DNA of 13,517 nt from Candidatus Methylomirabilis sp. GTDB lineage: Bacteria > Methylomirabilota > Methylomirabilia > Methylomirabilales > Methylomirabilaceae. Both the position numbers and the translations under genes were made by a program. This document shows, one piece after another, positions 1 through 6,921 of this stretch. The stretch spans positions 1 through 13,517 of the forward strand of contig JBGQJI010000061.1 in NCBI GenBank assembly GCA_041498975.1, given 5' to 3'. Below the pieces are notes generated by a model. That model was not told the origin of the DNA, did no database searches, and saw only the letters and a list, made by a program, of their open reading frames with translations. Position 1 is the stretch's first letter. The number at the start of each line of letters is the position of its first letter.

Positions 1-374
1 CCTTCGAAGGGATCAAGCCCGAGTCGTATGACGCGCTAGTGATTCCCGGTGGCCGCGCGCCAGAGTACCTTCGCCTCACCGAGAAGGTGCTGGACATCGT
101 GCGCCACTTTGCGAAGGCCAAAAAACCCATCGCGTCCATCTGCCATGGGTTACAAGTGCTTGCTGCGGCTGATGTTTTGAAGGGCAAGCTCTGCACGGCG
201 TACCCTGCCGTGAAACCCGAGGTGATCCGCGCAGGAGCCAGGTGGGGAGAGGTCAACGAGACCTATTCTAATGCGCATGTGGATGGCAATCTCGTGACAG
301 CGGCCGCGTGGCCGGCCCATCCGGAGTGGATGCGGAAGTTCCTGGATGTCCTAGGCACAAAGATCGAGCCGTAA
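1..374 (+). CDS. DJ-1/PfpI family protein (class I glutamine amidotransferase-like; possible glyoxalase III/deglycase), 5'-truncated by the window edge
   Basis: The frame is open from base 3 ([24 protein letters not shown]), so GTG 39 is internal. It has the nucleophile elbow ICHG, plus CTAYPA and [16 protein letters not shown], typical of the PfpI-like subfamily. TAA at 372-374. Confidence 0.92.
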   Translation, partial: FEGIKPESYDALVIPGGRAPEYLRLTEKVLDIVRHFAKAKKPIASICHGLQVLAAADVLKGKLCTAYPAVKPEVIRAGARWGEVNETYSNAHVDGNLVTAAAWPAHPEWMRKFLDVLGTKIEP

Positions 375-423
375 GGGTGGGGCTTGCCTTGCCCGAAGAG
401 GGCGCGGCAAGCAGCGCCCCTAC
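371..423. repeat. Inverted pair of GTAG-type REP-like palindromes (REPIN-like hairpin)
   Basis: The left arm gtaagggtggggcttgccttgccc (371-394) matches the reverse complement of the right arm gggcgcggcaagcagcgcccctac (400-423) at 18/24, with a 5-nt loop. The left arm overlaps the upstream stop codon. Confidence 0.75.
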
Positions 424-427
424 AATA

Positions 428-538
428 GCGAGACTGCCACGCTCCCTTCGTCGGGGCTCAGGGCAGGCCTTTCAGTCGCTCGCAATGACAGAGGAGGGGC
501 GAGATCACTTCGCGCCCTGCAGGCGCTCGCAATAACAG
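428..538. repeat. Two direct copies of a short palindromic intergenic repeat (gcgaga...gctcgcaatRacag), the first with an extra internal segment
   Basis: 428-491 gcgagactgccacgctcc...tcgctcgcaatgacag and 499-538 gcgagatcacttcgcgccctgcaggcgctcgcaataacag share both ends, and each can pair gcgag/ctcgc. Copy 1 is 24 bp longer (about 444-467). Confidence 0.65.
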
Positions 539-596
539 GGTAGAGGTATTCGGTGCGCTTGCTCCAAGTGTCCTTGGGAAGGAGAGAAGAAGCCGG

Positions 597-1067
597 ATGG
601 AAGAGCAAGAGTCGGCGACGAAACAAGCGAAGAAGATTGCCCTTATCGCGCACGACAATAGGAAGCAAGATCTGCTGGAATGGGCAGGCTTCAACCGAGA
701 ACTCCTGGCTCAGCACGAGCTGTACGCTACAGGAACGACCGGGAAGCTGCTCGAAGAGGAACTTGATCTCAAGATCATCAAGCTCCAAAGCGGGGCATTG
801 GGCGGCGATCAGCAAATCGGTGCGAAGATCGCACAGGGGGAGATCGATTTCTTGATCTTTTTTTGGGATCCCCTCAAACCGATGCCCCATGATCCTGATG
901 TGAAAGCCCTCCTGAGGGTCGCTGTGGTCTGGAACATTCCAGTCGCCTGCAACCGCGCGTCTGCTGATCTCATGATCTCATCGCCGTTGATGTCCGGAGA
1001 ATACCAGCGCTTCCTCCCTGACTATCGGAGTCAAGGTGAACAGTTGGAGGGAGACCCCGTCCCCTGA
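597..1067 (+). CDS. mgsA: Methylglyoxal synthase
   Basis: Signature motifs [40 protein letters not shown] and PVACN; 156 aa; purine-rich RBS region upstream. Confidence 0.97.
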   Translation: MEEQESATKQAKKIALIAHDNRKQDLLEWAGFNRELLAQHELYATGTTGKLLEEELDLKIIKLQSGALGGDQQIGAKIAQGEIDFLIFFWDPLKPMPHDPDVKALLRVAVVWNIPVACNRASADLMISSPLMSGEYQRFLPDYRSQGEQLEGDPVP

Positions 1068-1219
1068 GGGTGGACAAAAGGTTTCACTCCGCTCCTTCCA
1101 GATTAACTCAATTCGTTCGCCAAATTCTCACACCCTCAAGACAGCAGGCCAGACAACGTGTTCGCATGCTGTTATGACCATGGTCTTTCTGAACATGGGC
1201 TCTGCGAGGGCTAAACGAA

Positions 1220-2212
1220 ATGTCACCCCAAGAACGGTTTAGGATCGTTTCGCCGGTGGGGAGCACCGCGCCAATTGGCCTCTCAGCGTGGATTAGTGCG
1301 CTACGCCAGAGGCCAATGGCTTGGTGGTGCCTGCGGTTGTTAATTCAGGCTGTCTTCGGCATGCTGGCCTATGCTTCCTGTAGTAACGGATTTGAAAGAA
1401 ACAAACAGGGTGAAGGATTTCTGGCTCTCGCCGCTCCAGCTGCCGCGGGCGAACTCGTTCGAGTCGAGCGCGTATACGATGGAGATACCATTCTTCTCGA
1501 CGATGGCCGGAAAGTTCGGTATCTGGGGATCAACGCGCCAGAATATCTTGAGCCATTCTATCTGAAGGCGAAACGGTTCAACGAATCTTTCGTCATCGGG
1601 CAAGAAATCCGAATCGAGTTCGATCAGGAGAGGGGTGACCTTTACGATCGGGTCCTAGCCTACGTCTGGGTAGGAGATCAGATGGTCAATGCCAGATTGG
1701 TTCAGGAGGGCTTGGCCCACGCATTCTTTATAGGGATCAGCCGGAAGCATAACGCCCAATTCCTCCGACTCCAGGCTGAGGCCAAACAACGTAAGGTCGG
1801 TATTTGGTCCGCCCGAGGTCGTGCACGAGACCTTAAAATCACCAGCGTTCACCCTGTTGATCCAGCAAGGCCTGACCCGTATGCCCCATACGTTCGTATT
1901 ACGAGTCTCGGCAACGCAACAATACGGTTGGCAGGCTATGTGTTGGCGAACGAGGGAGGACAAAGATACATCTTCCCGGACGTGAGTCTAGAGCCGGGTT
2001 ATACGGTCATTGTGGCTGGTAAGGGCGGAACCGATGGCGTTGATAATTCGGGACAACAAATCGTTCACTGGACGGCGCAGGGCTCAGTGTGGGATCCGAG
2101 AGAAGATACTGCGTTTCTCACGGATGCCTCTGGGAGCCTTGTGGATATGTTCCACTACAAGGGAAAGCGGGTGACGAGGTCGCCTCCGCGGTCCCGACGC
2201 AAGGCCCCCTAA
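1220..2212 (+). CDS. Thermonuclease (SNase family) fused to a C-terminal lamin-tail domain; probably exported or lipoprotein. True start may be ATG 1316
   Basis: SNase motifs VYDGDTI, VRYLGINAPE, DLYDRVLAYV, VNARLVQEGLA and EAKQRKVGIW. The C-terminal part is LTD-like (LAGYVLANEGGQRYIFPDVSLEPGYTVIV...VWDPREDTAFLTDASGSLVD). A hydrophobic stretch ending YASC follows Met at 1316. Confidence 0.88.
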   Translation: MSPQERFRIVSPVGSTAPIGLSAWISALRQRPMAWWCLRLLIQAVFGMLAYASCSNGFERNKQGEGFLALAAPAAAGELVRVERVYDGDTILLDDGRKVRYLGINAPEYLEPFYLKAKRFNESFVIGQEIRIEFDQERGDLYDRVLAYVWVGDQMVNARLVQEGLAHAFFIGISRKHNAQFLRLQAEAKQRKVGIWSARGRARDLKITSVHPVDPARPDPYAPYVRITSLGNATIRLAGYVLANEGGQRYIFPDVSLEPGYTVIVAGKGGTDGVDNSGQQIVHWTAQGSVWDPREDTAFLTDASGSLVDMFHYKGKRVTRSPPRSRRKAP

Positions 2213-2289
2213 CAAGTACATGACTGTAGTTTGGGTTCGGGCTACGTAGCTTGAGGGCTTGAGGAAAGCGCAGCGGAGGAGCAGTGGTC

Positions 2290-2550
2290 ATGATGATGCG
2301 GTGGGATGAGATCACCTCGGGCCCCTGGTTCTGGGGCTGGGGGCTACTCTGGATGTTCATGATCGCGGCCTTCTGGTTCCTGGTCCTGCTCGGGCTGGCC
2401 CTTGTGATCCGCTGGCTCTGGCGGGCCGGCTCCCGGATCGGAACCGTCTCGCCGCCTGAGGAATCGGCAGTGGAGATCCTCAAGAAGCGGTACGCCAGGG
2501 GCGAGATCGGCAAGGAGGAGTTCGAGGGAAAGAAGCGTGACCTGGCCTAG
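2290..2550 (+). CDS. Small membrane protein with a SHOCT domain
   Basis: Met/Trp/Gly-rich N-terminus, one long hydrophobic helix, and the C-terminal SHOCT motif AVEILKKRYARGEIGKEEFEGKKRDL. RBS ggagga at 2275-2280 favours ATG 2290 over GTG 2284. Confidence 0.88.
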   Translation: MMMRWDEITSGPWFWGWGLLWMFMIAAFWFLVLLGLALVIRWLWRAGSRIGTVSPPEESAVEILKKRYARGEIGKEEFEGKKRDLA

Positions 2551-2573
2551 AGCAGACAAGGGGGGAAGGTGGG

Positions 2574-2957
2574 ATGCTCTACGTCGTTGAGACCAAGAAG
2601 CCGTTTGATGTCGCGGTTAAGGACCTTGAGGAGGGGGTGAAGCGGAACAGGTTTGGCGTCCTCCACATCCATGACCTGAAGGGCACGCTGAAGGAAAAGG
2701 GGATCGACTTCCCTCACGCCTGCAAGATCCTGGAGGTGTGCAATCCCCATCGGGCAGCGGACATTCTGAAACATGATATGACCGTCAACCTCGCTCTGCC
2801 GTGCCGGATCTCAGTGTACGAGGAGGGTGGAAAGGTCAAGATCGGGATGGTCCGGCCAACGGCGCTCTTGAACCTCTTCCCGGGAAGTGACAGACTGCGA
2901 GCCGTTGCCGAGGAGGTCGAGCGTGAGACGATCAGAATGATCGAGGAGGCCAAGTAG
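2574..2957 (+). CDS. DUF302 domain-containing protein
   Basis: 127 aa with FGVLHIHDLKGTLKEKG, ILEVCNP and LALPCRISVYE, characteristic of DUF302; starts 23 bp after the SHOCT gene. Confidence 0.9.
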   Translation: MLYVVETKKPFDVAVKDLEEGVKRNRFGVLHIHDLKGTLKEKGIDFPHACKILEVCNPHRAADILKHDMTVNLALPCRISVYEEGGKVKIGMVRPTALLNLFPGSDRLRAVAEEVERETIRMIEEAK

Positions 2958-3030
2958 TCGGTGGTTGTCTCGGTGAAGCTCGTCGGCGATTCTGGCGGCG
3001 CGGAGTTGAAACCCTGGGGGTCGCGCACGG

Positions 3031-4854
3031 ATGACTGACTGCAGGATGAGCAGTGAGCGGTCGGACACGGTTCCGTTCCTGTTCTACGGGCAAGTCGCGA
3101 AGTATGGCGGACGAGTCGCCTTGCGGAAGAAATACCTGGGCCTCTGGCAGGAGATCTCCTGGCTCCAGTACGGCCAGCATGTCCGGGAGGTGGCGCTCGG
3201 GCTGATGGCCCTCGGGCTGCACCGTGGCGAGCGCGTTTCAATCATCGCTGAGAACCGCCCCGAATGGCTGTATGGTGACCTCGGGACCATGGCGGCTGGG
3301 GGGGTCACGGTCGGGGTCTACTCAACGAGCTCTGCCGAGCAGTGCCAGTATCTCCTAAGCCACTCCGAGTCGCGGTTTCACATCGTCGAGGGCGAGGAAC
3401 AGCTCGACAAGGCCATCCAGATCAGGGACCGACTTCCTTTCCTGGAGAAGATCATCGTAATCGACACGAAGGGTCTCCGCAAGTTTCACGATCCGATGGT
3501 GATCAGTTTTGACCAGATCCTCGCCGCGGGCCGGGAGTACGGCGTCGCCCATCCGGAGGCCTTCACGCACAGCCTGGAAGAGGGGCGGCCGCAGGACATT
3601 GCGATCCTGGTCTATACCTCAGGCACGACGGGCCTACCGAAAGGCGCCATGCTCTCCCACGAGACGATCCTGTTCACTACCACGATGGTAGAAGCCATCG
3701 AAGCGATCTACGGGAGCGATGAAATCATCTCGTACCTTCCGCTCTCGCACATTGCCGAGCGGTTGCTGACCAGCTTCGGCCAGATTCGCTATGGCTACAC
3801 CGTGAACTTCGCAGAAAGCCCGGACACCTTTTCCCAGAACCTGCGCGAGGTGTCGCCCCACATCTTCTTTGCTCCGCCACGGGTCTGGGAGAAACTCTAC
3901 TCGGCGGTCACGCTGCGGATGGAAAGGGCCACCCGGCTGAAGCGGCAGGCGTATCGGGCGGCCCTCTCGATCGGCGCGCGCGCGGCCAGGTGTCGCCTTT
4001 CCGGCCAGCGAGTGCCACTGTCGCTCAGGCTCCTCAATCGGCTTGCACGCCTCGCCGTCTTCAGGAAGCTCAAGCAGCACCTTGGGCTCGACCGGGCCCG
4101 CTATGTCGCCTCCGGCGCCGCGCCGATCTCTCCAAGTCTCCTGGAGTTCTTCCAGAGCATCGGCGTCCCGATCAGGGAAATCTACGGGCAGACAGAGAAC
4201 TGCGGGCCGGCCACCGCCCACCTCGGCCCAAGGATCAAGCTGGGGACGGTTGGGCAGGCCATTCCCGGCTGCCAGGTCAAGATCGCGGAGGACGGCGAGA
4301 TCCTTCTGCGCGGGCGGCACATCTTCCAGGGGTACTTCAAGGATCCCCAGGCGACCGAGGAGGCGCGTCACGATGGCTGGCTTTACACCGGGGACGTGGG
4401 CGAGCTGGACGCGGAAGGTTTCCTCAAGCTCACCGACCGGAAGAGGGATCTCATCATCACCGCAGGCGGGAAGAACATCGCGCCGCAGATGATCGAGAAC
4501 CAGCTCAAATCGAGCCCTTTTATCGCGGATGCGGTGGTGGTTGGCGACCGCCGGAAGTACCTGACGGCCCTCATCGTCATCGACGAGGAGAATGTCGTCA
4601 GTTTCGCCCAGCAGCGCCGGGTTCCCTTCACGACCTTCAGCGACCTGGCAAAAAAGCCCGAGGTTCAGACGCTGGTCGGTCGAGAGGTGGAACGTGTGAA
4701 CTCCACCCTTTCCCAGGTCGAGAGCGTCAAGAGGTTTGTGATCCTGGACAAGCAGCTCGACCCGGAAGATGGCGACGTCAGTCCCACCATGAAAGTGAAG
4801 CGAAGGGCGATCAGCGAGCGCTATAAGAACCTGATCGAGGCGATGTATGAATAG
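3031..4854 (+). CDS. Long-chain-fatty-acid--CoA ligase (AMP-dependent synthetase, FadD15/ACSL-like); start could be ATG 3046
   Basis: Adenylate-forming motifs YTSGTTGLPKG, YLPLSHIAER, SGAAPI, EIYGQTE, GWLYTGDVG, DRKRDLIITAGGKNIAPQ and the terminal PTMKVKR lysine; 607 aa. Confidence 0.94.
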   Translation: MTDCRMSSERSDTVPFLFYGQVAKYGGRVALRKKYLGLWQEISWLQYGQHVREVALGLMALGLHRGERVSIIAENRPEWLYGDLGTMAAGGVTVGVYSTSSAEQCQYLLSHSESRFHIVEGEEQLDKAIQIRDRLPFLEKIIVIDTKGLRKFHDPMVISFDQILAAGREYGVAHPEAFTHSLEEGRPQDIAILVYTSGTTGLPKGAMLSHETILFTTTMVEAIEAIYGSDEIISYLPLSHIAERLLTSFGQIRYGYTVNFAESPDTFSQNLREVSPHIFFAPPRVWEKLYSAVTLRMERATRLKRQAYRAALSIGARAARCRLSGQRVPLSLRLLNRLARLAVFRKLKQHLGLDRARYVASGAAPISPSLLEFFQSIGVPIREIYGQTENCGPATAHLGPRIKLGTVGQAIPGCQVKIAEDGEILLRGRHIFQGYFKDPQATEEARHDGWLYTGDVGELDAEGFLKLTDRKRDLIITAGGKNIAPQMIENQLKSSPFIADAVVVGDRRKYLTALIVIDEENVVSFAQQRRVPFTTFSDLAKKPEVQTLVGREVERVNSTLSQVESVKRFVILDKQLDPEDGDVSPTMKVKRRAISERYKNLIEAMYE

Positions 4855-4909
4855 GGACGTATTCTAGATAGGCGAAGCTGCACCCGTACGGGTGTCGCTG
4901 CTGCGGTGC

Positions 4910-5677
4910 TCAGCGCCATCGCGTTTTTTTCTTGTAGCGCCTGAACCCTTTCGGCGGGATGTCGCCGGCGACACCGAGGTAATAGTCCCGCACTTTCTCA
5001 CTCTCCAAGAGGCTCTGGGCCTCGCCGGACAGCACGATCTTGCCAGCCTCGATGATATAGCCGTAGTGGGCGATTTGGAGCGCCATCTTGGCGTTCTGTT
5101 CCACGAGAAGGACGGTTGTTCCTTCCTCGTTGATCGTCTTGATGATCCGGAAGCTCTCTTTCACCATCGTTGGAGCCAGGCCCAGCGATGGTTCGTCGAG
5201 GAGCAACAGCCTCGGTCGAGCCATCAGCGCTCGACCGATGACCAGCATCTGCTGCTCCCCTCCAGAGAGCGTGCCTGCGAGTTGATGCCGGCGTTCGCCA
5301 AGGAGAGGGAAGTAGCCCATGATTCTCCCGCGATCGCGCCGCAGGCCGTCTGCGTCTCGACGGACGTACCCCCCCATCACCAGGTTCTCATCAACGGTTA
5401 GTTCCTCGAAGATCTGCCGTCCCTCCTGCACATAGGTGATTCCAAGCCGAACGATTTCTTCCGGATTCAGGCCGTTCAGCCGCTTCCCCTTGAACTCGAT
5501 CGTTCCCCTGTCCGGCTGGCCCTCCAGAAGGCCGCAGACCGTGTTCAGAATCGTCGTCTTTCCCGCCCCGTTCGGACCAAGAAGCGTGACGATGCTCCCA
5601 ACTGGGACTTCCAGGGAGACCCCCGCCAACGCTCGGATCGGACCGTAGAAGGTCTCGACGTTGTGAACCTTCAGCAC
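4910..5677 (-). CDS. livF: Branched-chain-amino-acid-family ABC transporter ATP-binding subunit (LivF-like)
   Basis: Walker A GPNGAGKTT, signature LSGGEQQML, Walker B LLLLDEPSLGLAP, and LLVEQNA. Start reassigned to GTG 5677 because GGAGGA lies 6 nt upstream and most of the longer ORF extension lies in a repeat. The symbol is family-level. Confidence 0.93.
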   Translation of the reverse strand: MLKVHNVETFYGPIRALAGVSLEVPVGSIVTLLGPNGAGKTTILNTVCGLLEGQPDRGTIEFKGKRLNGLNPEEIVRLGITYVQEGRQIFEELTVDENLVMGGYVRRDADGLRRDRGRIMGYFPLLGERRHQLAGTLSGGEQQMLVIGRALMARPRLLLLDEPSLGLAPTMVKESFRIIKTINEEGTTVLLVEQNAKMALQIAHYGYIIEAGKIVLSGEAQSLLESEKVRDYYLGVAGDIPPKGFRRYKKKTRWR

Positions 5678-5719
5678 GTGCTTTCCTCCAACGAGTACTC
5701 CATTCAGTTCGTGAGGCGC

Positions 5720-5865
5720 GTGCCGGGCCAAGAAACGAGCATGGCAAGGCGCGGTCCATGGGACCGAACCCACTTTGTGGGTACCCGGCGTACGTTTCCG
5801 GGTACGTCGCAGGGAGTGTCCCTGGGTGAAGCCTCACCGCTAGACGACGTTATTTGGACCGGCAC
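5720..5865. mobile_element. ~146-bp palindromic MITE-like dispersed repeat, copy A
   Basis: Terminal inverted repeats gtgccgggccaagaaacg / cgttatttggaccggcac (15/18). Hand alignment to 8157-8301 gives 114/146 identities. Internal hairpin ggcgtac-N8-gtacgtc. Confidence 0.8.
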
Positions 5866-6646
5866 CGGCTTCCTCTTTGCCCAGATAGGCGCGAAGCACC
5901 TCTGGATTCGTCCGAATGTCCTCCGGACGACCCGATGCGATTGCCTCGCCGTTGTTCAGGACCAGGACCATATCAGAAATCCCCATGACCAGGCTCATGT
6001 CGTGCTCCACGAGGAGGATTGTGACCTCCAGCTCGTCCCGGATATCCTGAATCCAGAGCTTCAGGTCCTGCTTCTCCTCGGCGTTCATTCCGGCGGATGG
6101 TTCGTCCAGCAGAAGTAATTCAGGCTCGAGGGCCAACGCCCGTCCCAGTTCGACCAGCTTCCGCGTGCCGTATGGCAGGGTGACAACGAGCTGGTCTCGC
6201 GCAGAGTGCAGTTCGAGAAGTTCGATGATCCGCTCTACGGCCTCGCGATGACGGAGCTCTTCGCGAGCGCTCCATGGCGAACACGTTGCCGCCCCGAGAA
6301 GGCCGATCTTCATCCGGCTGTGTCGGCCGAGGAGCAGATTATCGAGAGTGGTCATGTGGGAGAACAGTTCAGGATTCTGAAATGTCCTGGCGATCCGGTG
6401 CGTGGCCACTTGATGGGGGCGGAGTTTCAGGAGGTCCTGTCCTTTGAAGAAGATTCGGCCGCGGTCGGGGCGGTAGAGCCGGCTGATGCAATTGAAGATG
6501 GTGGTCTTTCCGGCGCCGTTGGGACCGATGATGGAGGAGATCGTCCCTCGTTCGATTGAGAAGCTGACGCCTCTCAGCGCTGCCACCCCGCCGAATTGGA
6601 GGGAAAGGCTTTCGATCTGCAAGAGTGGTGGACGATCGCTGCCCAT
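5840..6646 (-). CDS. livG: Branched-chain-amino-acid-family ABC transporter ATP-binding subunit (LivG-like); start ATG 6646 or GTG 6703
   Basis: FGGVAAL, IIGPNGAGKTT, IARTFQN, LPYGTRKLVELGRALA, LLLLDEPSAGMN, LLVEHDM and VLRAYLG are all LivG-type motifs. The symbol is family-level. Confidence 0.93.
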   Translation of the reverse strand: MGSDRPPLLQIESLSLQFGGVAALRGVSFSIERGTISSIIGPNGAGKTTIFNCISRLYRPDRGRIFFKGQDLLKLRPHQVATHRIARTFQNPELFSHMTTLDNLLLGRHSRMKIGLLGAATCSPWSAREELRHREAVERIIELLELHSARDQLVVTLPYGTRKLVELGRALALEPELLLLDEPSAGMNAEEKQDLKLWIQDIRDELEVTILLVEHDMSLVMGISDMVLVLNNGEAIASGRPEDIRTNPEVLRAYLGKEEAGAGPNNVV

Positions 6647-6709
6647 GGCATCAGAACGTGGGGAAGGCGCTCCGATCGGAGTCCCTTCGCTAGACGAAGC
6701 CACTGTTCG

Positions 6710-6921
6710 CTAGTGCCGTTTTACCCATTTATGCCACAATGCTGAGGCTCGCGCCGGTCCAACCTTCTCCGCCTAGCATCACACTGATCCGCAGGCATCT
6801 GCCTCGGCCGTCCCAATGCCTTGTCATGTGTCCGAACACGTTGGAACGGCACGAGGGAACGCGATAGTTCTTCGCAGGGCTTCTGTCGGCGATTAGCGGC
6901 AACAAGTTGGAACGGCACTAG
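6710..6921. mobile_element. MITE-like element with perfect 11-bp inverted ends (including CTAG) and a duplicated right end
   Basis: ctagtgccgtt (6710-6720) is the exact reverse complement of aacggcactag (6911-6921). aacacgttggaacggcacgag (6835-6855) repeats 6901-6921 at 19/21. Confidence 0.65.

Noticed and set aside
789..806. MgsA has SGALGG instead of the common SGPLGG
   Set aside because: A single substitution with all other catalytic motifs intact; no basis for claiming altered function.
2241..2264. Palindrome gctacgtagc and tandem gcttgagg x2 upstream of the SHOCT gene
   Set aside because: Too short to distinguish from chance.
4881..4894. Perfect 14-bp palindrome cacccgtacgggtg between convergent genes, as a bidirectional terminator
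   Set aside because: Short stem and no U-tract on either strand; too weak to call.
5678..5773. N-terminal extension of LivF in the ORF track
   Set aside because: It starts inside repeat copy A, and a good RBS supports GTG 5677.
6721..6918. 65-aa minus-strand ORF between the binding-protein gene and livG
   Set aside because: Its GTG is part of the element's terminal repeat and it lies wholly within the MITE-like sequence.
6835..6921. Two 21-bp direct repeats 66 bp apart, suggesting a mini-CRISPR
   Set aside because: Only two units, short repeat, no cas genes or leader. They match the inverted end at 6710-6720 and are better explained as element termini.
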